64,000 bases of DNA from assembly GCA_028534125.1 (NCBI GenBank), contig CM052817.1, positions 75,146,001 through 75,210,000 on the forward strand. Reading direction: 5' to 3'. Below are positions 24,563-37,435 of this stretch, in pieces. Position 1 is the first letter of the stretch, and each line of letters begins with the position of its first letter. The DNA comes from Lama glama. Taxonomy: Eukaryota. The notes under the pieces are model-generated. The model had not been told where the DNA came from. It did not search any database and saw nothing but the letters and a program-made list of their open reading frames with translations. A program made the translations under genes and the position numbers.

Positions 24563-27307
24563 GGAGTTCTACTATCATATCATACATATCACACACATAA
24601 TACATGACAGCCTTTCTGATAATTTGTATGTATTCTTTACTTCATTATCATAAGGCACAGGTATTCTACTAATTGCTTGTTTTTCAAGTTAGGCATATAA
24701 AGTTTGAGTAGTGACCCAGTTCCACAGATCTACAGTTGGCAGGGCTAAGTCTTCTTGCCTCTCCTCACTACTCTGCAGGCTGACCTCTTCTACACTACAT
24801 CACCCTGACATGTTGGGAAACGGGCAGAAAAGTAGTAAAAGGTGAAGGAAGGGTGTTAACACCAGGACTGTGAAGCTGGAAGAAGTCTTTGAGATAATCT
24901 GGCTCAAATGCTTCACTTTCTCCATGAGTGGACTGATGCGAGGACCACAGTAATTCAGTATCTTGCCCAGCATGTTATCTAGGTAAGGATTTCAAGAATT
25001 TCAGTTAGGGTTATTGCATGCAGCTATGACATATTTGGCTGATGTTTTGAACCTGGGATTAAAATATCTGGCTATATGTACATTAATTGTTTAGTATGAC
25101 AATCTCTATTATTCTTGATATTTATATACTTATAATGCTAAAAATTAGTATTTTATCATGTTTTATATATTTGCTATATGTATTTTCTCAGAAGTCTCTG
25201 TTATTGGCTCCTCTAAGGAAAAATGTAGATAATCTGTCCAATATCTAAGATGATTATTAGGTTTATTAAATATAGGAAATGATGTAGAAATTCTGTTTCC
25301 TATATATATTGTTACCTATGCTATGCTATTACGGTATGCAATATATTTCACACATATATTTGCCCTCTGCCATTAGGATTGTAAATAACATTAATACAAA
25401 CATTTTCCATGGATAATTCTGACTTCCAGATAGCTTAATACATGCACATACACTAGCAGGTTTATTTTTCTTCCTTCTTTTAGAATCCATATCATGGCTG
25501 TCAGCAGAGCCCAGTAGAGGCTTTAAGAACATTCATTGCTTTTCAGAGCTGGAGGCAGAGAGAAAATATCAGCTAGGTCCCCAGCTGAACCATTATTCTA
25601 AATCTTTTTATGTATACCTTGCTTCTCATATTAAGGGAATAATACACTTACAGGTAAACTAATAAGATGTGTTCTGTGCCAAGGCAGAAAAAGATTAAAT
25701 GAAAGATGCAATAAGTAGAGGCCAACTCCTTTCTGCTCGTGGTGATGGGAAATAGCAAAGTCTTCACTTCTCTACCTCTTTCAGCCCTCCCTTAGTTACT
25801 TCTCACTCCACCTACAGTGTCATCTCAGGTTTGCTCCTAGGGCAGGCTCTGTGTGGTAATATGGAGCAACAAACAGGAGAATCAAGCACTGACTTTTTTT
25901 TATGGAAAGTTCCATGAACTCTGGAGGAAATTCTAAATGTAAATAACACATTTGGATTGTCTCTTCAAATTCTTTTTCTCTGTTCCACTTGAATAAATAG
26001 GTACTTGGGAGGGAGAATGAGAGACAGTTGTGTCAGGATAAACACAGGTAAAACCAGATACAGGCTGTTATTGATAATTCCCATGAATTTAAGTGTCAGG
26101 AACTGCTCCTCCTGCTGATTAGTCTGAATAGTATTTTTCCCCCAGTTCTTGCAGCCTCAAAACATAGATTTGCCCATTTATTTTAAAATGTTGTGTTCTC
26201 AGTTCTTTGGTTTGATCTTTTCAGCTATTAACTTCCCTCTTGTTTTGTCTTTTCTCTTTACAACTCCCTCCCTTCCAATTCCCACAAACCTGTTTACTGA
26301 TTTGATCACTTTTTCCTACTGTAGACCCACCAAAGCGTTTTTTAAAAAAAATTCCAAGGACATTCAACAAAGACCTGCACAAATTAGTGTTCTCATATGT
26401 GGCTGAGGTTGGAGCATTTATAGGATACGGGAAAATCTATGTTAATTCACTTTACTTAGGTTAATTGAATGTTTATCTATACACTAAGCACTGTGCTAGG
26501 TGCTAGGAAATTAAGAAGAATAGATAGTCTCTGCTTCAGGAACATGAATCTCCCTAGTGCCTTCCTAAAATCCAAGAAGAGTGGGCAGTCACAGAATCTT
26601 CTTAGGAAATGGATATTCCCAGAGAGAAAAATTAAACTTTAAGTTTGTACAAGCTAAAAAAAAAAAAAAAGCATAAGGCACCAAGTATATGAAGGGGAGC
26701 TCTGTTGTCTATGTCCATCTGCACCTGTGAGCCAGTGCCAGGGGTATGTTCTAAATGAGCAAATGCCCTAAGAGTATTATGTTGTGTTGACTGCCAATGG
26801 TACTGATTTTAAACATCATCAGAACCCAGACTAACTAGAAAACTCTGTCCACTAAATTAGTCAGAAAAGCCAATTGGAGATTTTTTTTTAATGAAGATAG
26901 AAACATATGATGGGCAAGAGGACATTTCGCTCAGTTTAGAGATTATATTAAGCACAGATGTGAGTTGATTCAGGAGAACTTGTCTGCTGTAGACACTTTT
27001 TGAATGTACTTATTTGAAGACAATATGTGCATATATATACATAAGCACCCTAATGTAATTTTTAAAAAATCATATTCATTTATTCTATGGGAAGAAGGAC
27101 TCAAGACTTCATGAAGCTGAGAGAACATTAAAAAGGTATAGTGCTAAAAGAAAGCAAAGGAGCAAGAGACATTTTTAACTGTATACACCTAACTGTATTT
27201 TTATGGCAATTCTTCACCATGAACATTTTTACTTCAAGCCAAGAGTAAGCATAGAAAAGTACGTAGATATTTCACAGAAGTTCCCTTTTCCTCTTCTTTG
27301 TTTTTAG

Positions 27308-27461
27308 GTGAATGCGTCAAGAAGAAAAACTAAGAGAGGGAATTTGAGGAGTTAATATGGCAATTTGATCAATAGTCATGATGCCAAAATAGCACTTTGT
27401 GTGAACAACTGAAGAAGAACCGATAAATGCAAACAATGGGGACAGCTGGAAGCCAAAGAAG
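27308..27461 (+). ncRNA. Candidate non-coding exon, 154 nt
   Basis: Long pyrimidine tract ttcccttttcctcttctttgtttttAG|G, purine-rich body and donor AAG|GTAGAA. Stops occur in all frames near the start. Confidence 0.3.
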
Positions 27462-28601
27462 GTAGAAATTTTATTTTGGACCATATAACCATGACACTGT
27501 TATTGGAGAAGCAGGAGGCTTAGCTGATTATGCTTTTGCGCAATAAGTAGATGTGGTGGTTTAATTTGGAGTAAAAGCAACAAAGTCAGCCTGAGGTTAG
27601 CAGAGTGGGTTTTAGGCTCTCTCCCAAGTTCCAATACTAAGAATAAATGGTGTGTGCTGACTAAGTGGGAGAAACAGCAAGGATAATGTATTTAAATAGA
27701 TAGAAAAAATATGTTTTTGAGATCAGCTTCCCATGGGGAAAACAATCATTACTGGGGAGTGTCCATCTAAAACTACAATTCAAGATTAAACTTATGCAAA
27801 ATCTCTGGAAAAAGGGATTTATTTCCAAGGTCTCTAGTCTCCTCTGTGCAGTTCTAAATGCCTCTAGGCTGTATACACTTGAATGAAAAAGAACATTTCG
27901 TCACAGACAATTTGATACAGCTAATAGGAGGTACCTGTTAGATTCAAAGCACAGCTCAAGTTGTAAAAAAGCAAGTACAAACTAACGAGACATCCCCGAC
28001 CCTCAAGCTTGTGCCTCACAAAGTCTCTCAGAGGCTCCCTATCCCCTCCCTATGAGTAGAGATCATGGGGTGAGAATATTTGTGTTGCATTACTATTCAA
28101 GCCTTGGAAGTATAAATGTTACCATAATATTAAGAAATATGTGTGGCTATTTTTATTATTTTAGTATGAAGAAAAACTTCGATGTTAGAAGCACTTTCAC
28201 AAATGCTAGTAACTTAAGAAGAAAAAATGCAATATTTAACTACTGTAGCTTTTTATTTTTCAGATAAACTGGGTAAAAAATTTGCTGTGTATGGTGGAGG
28301 GCTTATATCCTTTATATAACAAAAGTGCTTATAACTTAACAGAAAATGCAGAAATCCAATAGCAAATAAGAAACAAACAGGCAGTTAATTTTTTTAACAA
28401 AAAGAGAAAGAGCAATAAAAATAAGATATTCGAAATCAAACACATTTTTAAACATAAGTTGCTTTAAACATCAGATTGCCAACTATGGCAAACTCTTCAG
28501 TAAAAAGATGTATTATTGATAAAAAAAAATCTAGTTCTGTTATAGAAGTCCACACAATTATAAGCATGCATGTTTTAAATGCAAATTTAGCTATCATTTC
28601 C

Positions 28602-28657
<56 letters not shown>
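28602..28657 (+). repeat. (ATCT)14 tetranucleotide microsatellite
   Basis: Read directly; the array is perfect. Confidence 0.95.
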
Positions 28658-28658
<1 letters not shown>

Positions 28659-28844
28659 CTTATCTATCTTTCTAATGATCAGGATGGGTAAACATTAAAC
28701 AGTTCATTCTGGATGTTTCCAGGAAGATGAGTGGGCTAGCAGAGTTGTTTAGGAGAACCTCACTTCACATTTCACTAACCAAAACTAGAACACATGTCTA
28801 AATCAAAACCAAGTTCCCTCATGAAACCAGGTCCAGCATGAGAG

Positions 28845-29084
28845 ATGAGAACAGCTGGTTCTTGGCTTGAACCAGTTCATGAGAGCTGACTCTGGGCATT
28901 GATTTCTAACTCCTTTATTCAGTGACAAAATATTAGTAGCTTAGAATACTCTGTGGTGAGATTATTTACTGTAAAAGAATCAGTACACACTACAAAACAG
29001 GACTTCTTTCTCTTTCTCTCTTCCTCTCTCTCTCCCTCTTTAATCTATAGAGATGACTGGTAAATATTTGTTGGCACACCACCG
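28845..29084 (+). mobile_element. MER63-like hAT DNA transposon fossil
   Basis: catgagagctga...aactcctttattcagtgacaaaatattagtagcttagaat...tatttac...ctacaaaacagg...gcacaccaccg resembles the recalled MER63 consensus. Confidence 0.6.
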
Positions 29085-32054
29085 TATGGGGCCGTTATAA
29101 TTGGTTTAGACACATCAAGATTTCCTCTTCAGCAGTGAGTTATATGTGAAGAGTACTGTTAGTGAAGTCAGGAGTCTAAGAAATTTAAAATAGTGAATGA
29201 ATGTTAAACAGTCAGTTAAAAGTGTCTGATATTGTAATACAGAGGTCAAGAACAATTATAATTTCAATGTACTCTGGACTGGGTCCTCACATTTGAATGA
29301 CCATAATGAGTTCTTGAGAATCCATTTTAAAATGTTACACTGATTAACTAGAGGACTCGAGTGAAGAAAAATAAAAGGTGCAGAGTGTCTGGAATGCATG
29401 ACACATAAATGATTATGCAAGGATATGTGAATGCTTAGAATGAAACAGGAAAGAATCAAAGAGTATAGTATCTTCCTCAATATTCAAAGGTCCATCATCA
29501 TTTGGAAGACTGTTTTGAATTTTTCTGAAGAGCAGGGTTGAAATGTGCACATACACATTCATGGAAACAAGCTATATCCTTGACAACTAAGGTGTGATTA
29601 ACAGCATAATTATTATGGATTTGACTACTTCAAACTCATTAGAAATAGTTTTGTTTTTTAAACATGTATAATTTAATTACCATCATCTCTTATTACATTT
29701 TTGAAGGCATAATACCATCTTTAAACTTAATAAGGAAAAAGGCACAATTTAACTTCATAAATCTCTTTATAATCCTACTCTCATCCACTCCTATAATTAT
29801 TCAAATTAATAATTCAATGGATGAAAAAAATTTCACACTGTTATAAAAACACATTAGCCTCTACACTTCCCTGGGTAACCCTTTTCCATGTGAACTATGA
29901 TTGAACATTTTGGGATATTAACATTGAGGAACACTGCAGGTTGCAAGCAAGCATTTTTTATGTAGTGTTCCTGTCAGCACAGTGAGAAAAACAAAAATGC
30001 TTTAGTACAATCATTACCATGCACAGGAAACTAATGCTACGTTCAGGACCAGGAAGGCAGTTCTTTACTCTAGCTTCTCATTAGCTTTTCCTTTGCATTC
30101 TCAGAGCAGTAGTAACAAATGCCAAAAATCTCTTCTCCCTTACTTTATTTTGGGTGTTTGTCATGCCACTTTTGTGACAAAGTGAGGTAAATGAAAAGCA
30201 CAACCCATAAACCCATAGTCCTGCTTCTTAGCAAAATAACAGCATACCTTCTACATGTTACCCACATTATGCCATACAAATTTTTCACATTTTGACTAAG
30301 CAAAAATACAGTTCCATTTATTTGTTGAAATCACAAGCAAAATGGCTACATGCATATGATTTATAGAGGGATGGTAAAAGCAGCCCATTTTAATTAAGAG
30401 AGTTTGGCATTGAGATAAGTTTTTACTCTGATAATATATTACTTCCTCTGAAAATATATACAAATCATGAAATAAGGAAATAAGAGATTTTTTCACTTTT
30501 TCACTTTAAACCAACTACCAGTATGTATTGATTCCAACTCGGAGCCACACATGGGCCACGGACTGCAGAGTAAATGCACTGTATGGTGTGCTGTATACTC
30601 ACGGTGGGGGAGGATGAACAAGTGCTCTGCACTTCATTTTACCAGAAAATGGCAAATTTTTACATAAAACTTATTTAGACTTTAATTCAACATCTAAGTA
30701 AGAAAATATTGCAGTTAAGAATCAGAAGATCTAGACTCAAGGTCAGAATCTACAAGTGTACATAGAAAACACGTCAGCACACAAAAAGTTCACAGCTGCT
30801 CTATGCAGAACTGAAACACCAGCTGTCTTACCTTTCACAGGAAGTCTGAATATCAAATAAGACATTGTATACAATTCTAGTTTTAAAATATAAATGTAAT
30901 ATATACACCAAAAGTCCTGTTATATCTTCCATACATATAGAACATCTACTATGTTCTAGATACACAATACAATGTGAACTTTTATTTAAATAATAATTAT
31001 TGATGATCAGCTTAATACTAAGGTGCTGCCCTAACTTATTACCCTGTTGCTTAACCTTCTGAACAACCAGTGAGTCACATATTCTCTAAATAGAGATGAG
31101 AAAACTGGGCTCAGAGATGTGAAAGTATTTGTCAAAAGCTAATAATCAACACAACAAAATTAAAAATTAATTTAGCAAATTATAGCTCTAGTGCTCTTTG
31201 GTGTGTATATATATAAAAGACAAGACAGTGTTTTTACCTTAAGAGAGCTTCAACTCTAATTAAACAACAAAAAAATGAAAAAAAAACCTAATTAAAAACT
31301 TAAAACAAGGATCTAAGACACTTTGCTGTAATATTCTGGTATAGAGATAAGAGATAAAGAAGTTTTAAGGAAGAAGAGATTACTGAAAGGGTCTGAAGGG
31401 GTCAGGAAAGACTGTAGAATCCGGGACTCAAAAGTACATTAGTATTTTTAATGGCAACATGTGGGCTAAAAGAGGACAGTTCAAGCAGAGGTAATGGTGG
31501 GGCCAAGAATTCATCAGGACTGCAAGAGGAGGAAACTGTTAATAGATGTTAGTATAAGGTATAATTATTCTTCCACGTGATTTGTCAAGTGCAACAATAG
31601 AAAGGAGATAGCAAAAATGCACCTTAAAAATACTTCCAAAATTCTGGCTTATAATTAATTTCCCAAAGTTACACTTTATAAAATTCGAATGAAAAAGAAG
31701 ACCTAAAAATGACTTCCACTTACTCGCCTTACAGTCATCCAGCTTCCTATCTGCTTTTACATTTGATACATACACACACATCCTTAAATATTCCAAGAGA
31801 CATTTTCCTCATAAATTCAGGACTGTAATTAAAAGGAACAGTTGTTGCCACTGCATCATTTCCCCATTTCCACACAGCCACTCTGTTTGCACAAGTATCC
31901 CAGTCCAAGGATCTTTCAAATACTGACATTCAATCATTGCATGGTCCTTGAATACTAACATGCTGTATGCAACAGCCATATACATATTTTGTATTTTATT
32001 CATTATTGCAAGGCAATAATGGGAAGCAACAGAGAACAAAGCCATTGGGGCAGA

Positions 32055-32068
32055 GGTTAATCATTAAA
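32055..32068 (+). promoter_or_regulatory. HNF1-type binding site GGTTAATCATTAAA
   Basis: One mismatch to the HNF1 consensus GGTTAATNATTAAC, in non-repetitive sequence. A second weaker site AATTAATCATTAGT lies at 32353-32366. Confidence 0.35.
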
Positions 32069-35000
32069 TAATTGATTTTTCATTATTACTTAACTCCTGA
32101 GCATACACTGAGAAGATTAGTAATTGGGTCAAGTTTAGAATATTTTACTTGTCACTTTGCTTGGAATGCATAGTCTTAATTTCTTTCGTTTTCCCTCTAG
32201 AATGTACACGTTTATAAATCAGAAGCATATGACTTCTTATGAAGGAAGATTGATATTGATCATTAAACAGTCACAGTTCAGCTCGGCTTACTCATCTATA
32301 CAGTGTGTTGAATAATATTCGCCTTGTATTTCACTCGTCCCTAGGCTCTGCTAATTAATCATTAGTTATTAACACTAATAACTCAGTCATGGGTTAGAAA
32401 TGCTATTTAGATATATTTTAAAACTGAATGTAAGAATTCTGGCTCCCCATATGTTTAAGTAAAAAAACACACACAAAAACCAATAATAGCAAAAATACAG
32501 ACACATTTACCAGGAAAGTGTTGAGAATCTAAACAGCCTAGAATTCTGGACAAAAAAATACTTTGATTTCAAAGCATAATATACATTATGTTACTATAAC
32601 ATATTAATATAACATAACATATAAATAAATAATATCCATATTATGCAAACTGTTTAAGATACATTGGACGGGGAACATACACTTGTGACTACTTTCACTC
32701 TGCTTTTTCTTTACCTTTATATATTTTTTTTAAGAATTAGAGATGCCATTTATATTTAACCACTAAAAAGACATTTATCACAAGTTTCAAAAAATAAAAA
32801 AAAATATATAGTTTGTTGTAAATATACAAGAACATTAAAACTATTTCAATTATAAATGTGATTGTTAATGGACAATGATATGAAAAAAAGGAATACAGCT
32901 GTTAAAGAGATTTTTGTGTTACATATAATTCAGTTCTCTATATCTGTTAAAAATTAAGAGCCATGATTCTCAAAATAAATTTGAGGTCTATTTTCATTTT
33001 GTTAGGCTACTCTGACCATTAATAGAATACTACTTAGAATATTACTACTAGTTCTGGGACTGAGCAATGTCTAAGATTTATAGAAAATTGGTCATATTTG
33101 AAGGAGAGTAATAATGACATCAATGCTGTAAAATTTAATTTTCGCATAGGATGGCATCATCCATTTCAGAAAAAGAACCCAAGAAAAGATAATAGTGTGA
33201 TTTAAGTATATTTAAATACTTTCTTAAGTATATGAATATTCATGACCTATACTGACTCTCAAACATGTGTACCCAAGAGCAGTTTCAATACTGGTGGGAA
33301 AAGAAAATATTAAACTTTTATCACATTTGTCTTATCCTGTTATTCTTTTGATTATTATATGCAAATAATATGTATATGTTCATAAAATAATATAGGTATA
33401 TAATTTATTAATAAATAATTAAACATATATTTATATGTAAGTTAATGTTTAACCATTTATAAAGTTGTGCAATCACTGCTCTAGAAAATCCCTTTACACA
33501 CCACCCAGGGCACAGAAAATTCAAGGGAATTCTAGAAAGTGTTAGTTGTGCAGGAATTAAACTGAATTTACTCAATGAAAGCAATGGATAAATCATTTAC
33601 TTCTATGGAGAAAAAAGAAGCGAGAAATGCACATTTCCTTAATTTAATTTTTTAATGATACCATAAATATTATTTCACTATATATGATTTTGTAAATCAT
33701 ACATCATGAATATGATTTCATGATATATGAAAGCATATCCCAATAGACGTGTAAAGTTTGATTAAATACATGATGAGATTTTTCTGGTGAAATTTTTTTT
33801 AGTAAGACACTAGGCCATTTTCATCTTTTTAAAAATGACTTCTTTGTGACAATGCCAGGTCTACTCATAGGAAGAAGGCAGGATAATTTATGAGGTTCCT
33901 TCCTGCTTTTTAAAACCCTTTTTTCTATTTTAAAAATATGAATAGAATGATGTTATTCAGTCTTAATTTGTTTTTCTTAGTTTTTTGAATGGTTCTTTTC
34001 AAAAATTGATGTGTCTGTGTCTATGTCTTCCTAAGTTGTATAGTTTTTCCTATCAAGGGCTAGAATCTTGGCAGAATTAATTTATAATTATTACCTTTGA
34101 GACCTGAAAAGAGTCATGAGTAAGCTTGCTAAGATTGAATTAGATTATTCTTGATTCATTAACTGATCACACTCTTTATATTTAGCTTAGTATTTCTTCT
34201 ATGAACAATTTTATTTGCTAGGTTTTGTATGTATCTTAGGAAGTTGTATTGATTATATACGTATGCCAAGCAAATGTATTACATTGCATATTAGGGATAG
34301 CTACCTCTGGTAAGTAGTTTCAGTCATCACAACCAAACTACTGACAGAGTAATAAGTGTGACCTTTATTACTTTAAAGTGCTTAAAAGATAAACTGTTTA
34401 AAGAAAAATATAAATTTTATGAAATATGAATATATTTTATTTCAAAACGTGTTTTCATTTGGGGTAAACAGAAGACTACCCAAATTAAATTTACTTTCTC
34501 TAAAATAGGGGGAAATATCATAGAGATCAAGTGTGATTCTACATTTTGGGGTATGCTTTATGTTGCAAGATGGGCATATATTCATGAGCCTAATCATGAC
34601 TTCAGGGCAGGAGCCAGTCTTCCAGTGGACACTGAAAAATGACGTCCTAGAAAGGTTACTTGTAATGCATTTTCTCTACTTTCATTTCCTTCTTTTCCTT
34701 CATTGGAAAAACTGATAAAAGATACTTATGAAACACTAAAAAATTGCCATTTATGGATGCTTTACATTATGAAAAAATAATGAAAAATGTTTCAGTATCA
34801 AAAGAGATTATGGTCATACTAAGTATATTTTATACATTATTCTATTTCTTCCTGAGTCATAAGTATCAAAAAACAAATTCATTGGCTTTTGAGAAGTTAT
34901 AAAACTGAATAGCATTCATTAGAGAGTTTAATGTCAGGGATTAGATTACCACTTGTGATTCAGTTTAGACTAATCCTGCATAGGTAACTAGATTGCCCTC

Positions 35001-37124
35001 CACATCATATTTTCATGAGGTGACAGCAATCTCTCTACACTTCTAAGATGTCCCCAAATATACTGCATCAAAGATCATTCTGCAATACAGCACATTAAGA
35101 GTTGAATCTTGACTCCTAAAGTTAGCATTTCTCATTATCACAATCACTGGGAAAGAGTCAATCATTTACTGCTTAAATTCAAACCTATCAAACTTTCTCA
35201 GCCAACTTAACAATGTCACCATTGGACAACAGCTGTCTCATCCTTGGGCCTCACCATGATTCCTTTGAAAGGCTTATTAATATGCATTTCTTCAATTCAT
35301 CCAAATCTTACTCTTCTGAGTCGAGTAAAATTTGTAAGTATTTTTCTTGAGGTTGCCTATTGTGCAAGTGATGTTTCATACTTACAAGGAAGAATTGGAA
35401 ATCTATTAATTTATGAATTCATTTAATTAATAATTATTTTAGTATCTACTTTATATGTTACACTGCACAAGGCAAAGACTCCAATAATATATGACCTCAC
35501 TGGCAGGCATTTTTAAAATCCAGTCACAGACAGAAGACATATATCAATAAACAATTTGTATCTAACTCAATATGTCAAGCATCTGATCATAAATATGGTC
35601 AATATATGTGAAAAATTCAAATATATAAATAGAGATCTGAAGCAGTATGAAGAATATTTTATAAAAGGATTTGACAAAATTTAGCCCATTTATTGAATAA
35701 TTTTAAACATTCAATAAATGTTTATTAATTGGAATTGAATCCCCACCCTCACTGCCTTAATTGTCCAGAGGTTGCAGAATATCCTATTTTCTCCCATTAT
35801 GTTTCAGGAACATAGGGCAAATTACACATGCCTGGCAATTGAATATGCTGAAAACAGCTTTGCTAATCAGATATGGCCACATTCCAAACACATTCACTTG
35901 ACATTTACCCTGCAGGCCTATAACTTTCAGCTTTCCCAGGTGAGTGACATTCAGGAGGTAATTGGTCATTGAATTCTCTGAGCTCATATTATTTTTAAGT
36001 GTAGCTATATGAACAGAATAACAGAAATAAATGTAATTTTCAAGTTCTGCTTTAAATGGTATACAGGTGTATATGTAAATAAAATGTTGTCTTTGTAGGC
36101 AAGTTAGCCTTTGCATTCCTGTACTTAAATCTGCAAATTAAGACTGTTTTGAAATCTTATAGTGTCCTTCTTTCCATTAGAAATATGCCTGAAGGCTGCC
36201 AAGTGATTGGAACATCCAATATGCCTAATAAATAATAGATGTTGCTATTGACTATGGTTAATGTGGATTTAGTCCTCCTTCAGGATATGGAAAAACATTC
36301 AATTATTAATTTTAAAATGACATTCAAGGAATAAAGACTTTTAGGTTTAATCAGTGAATCTTAGAAGATCTGTTGTTAAGAGATTGTTTTGTTCTCTAAT
36401 ACGTTTTTCTGTATTTGTCTCAAATAACTCTTTGTATTATTTTCTGATTTATAGATTTGGGATCTCCTGATGGCTAGGTCTTTCATGTCCCTTGAAATGA
36501 TATCTTTTAAATTTAGGATTTTACTCATTGTATGCATTTAGATGTTTTATATTTATATTGGGCATCTTTGCATTTTGTATTGTGAGAACATTTAATGGCT
36601 TCTTTCTCAGCTAGGTATTTTGACATAAATAGAAAGTTTATAATTTACCTCTATTTGTGACTCTGCAGTTTGATCTAGTACCCTACATTTTAGATATTTT
36701 CCTATATACAAATAAGAATCAATTTATACATTAAGCTTAAACTGTGTGACTGGAAAACATTTATTTTGTAATACTGTATGTTTTTAAAATGAAGTTAAAA
36801 GCTGTACAACAACCACAACTAACACTTTGCAACTTCCAGGCTTAAGTACTTCTGCTAGTTTCACATTGTACCTACAAAGCATTCCTCATGATTGTCAGTA
36901 CTCTCGCTGTCAATACTCTCCCAGTATTCCTTGTATTTCCAGGTTCATTTATTACTAACTTTTTGCACTTTGCAGCAAAATGGCAATGACATCTATTCTC
37001 TAAGCTGGCCTGCTTTCCCCAGTCTGTGACACAGCTCACAGTACCCGTTCCTCCATTGTCCCCATGCCAAAAGCAAGTTCCTCTTTTTCGTCATAATAAC
37101 AATTTCCCCATTACACTGTTCCAG

Positions 37125-37435
37125 GCACTGCTTAAACAACATTTATTTCTGACATTTCTGGAGCCTGGGAAGTTTAAGATCTCACCAGACAGATTTGGTT
37201 TCTGGTAAGAGTCCACTTTCTGGTTCATAGATGGCCAATCTCATTGTGTCCTCACAGGACAGAAAGAACAAAAGAGCTGTTTGAGGTCTCTTTTAAAGCA
37301 CATGAATCCATGAAAAGGACATCTGCTCTCATGACCTAATCACCTCCCAAGGGCCATACCTCCTAATACTATCATACCAGGGGTTAGAATCTCAATATAT
37401 CAGTTCTAAAGGGACACAAACATTCAGTTCATAAT
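37125..37435 (-). mobile_element. MLT1A-like MaLR LTR
   Basis: gcttaaacaacatttatttct...ctggagcctgggaagtttaagatc...ctcatgacctaatcacctcccaagggccatacctcctaatac...gggacacaaacattcagttcata. Confidence 0.8.

Noticed and set aside
24393..24653. Low-complexity ORFs (ICICIY..., YLYLYL...ERERE)
   Set aside because: They are translation artefacts of the compound microsatellite.
28476..28691. ORF with repeated IYLS
   Set aside because: It is an artefact of (ATCT)14.
33683..33724. Two adjacent 8-bp hairpins
   Set aside because: The arms are short and AT-rich, as expected by chance at this composition.
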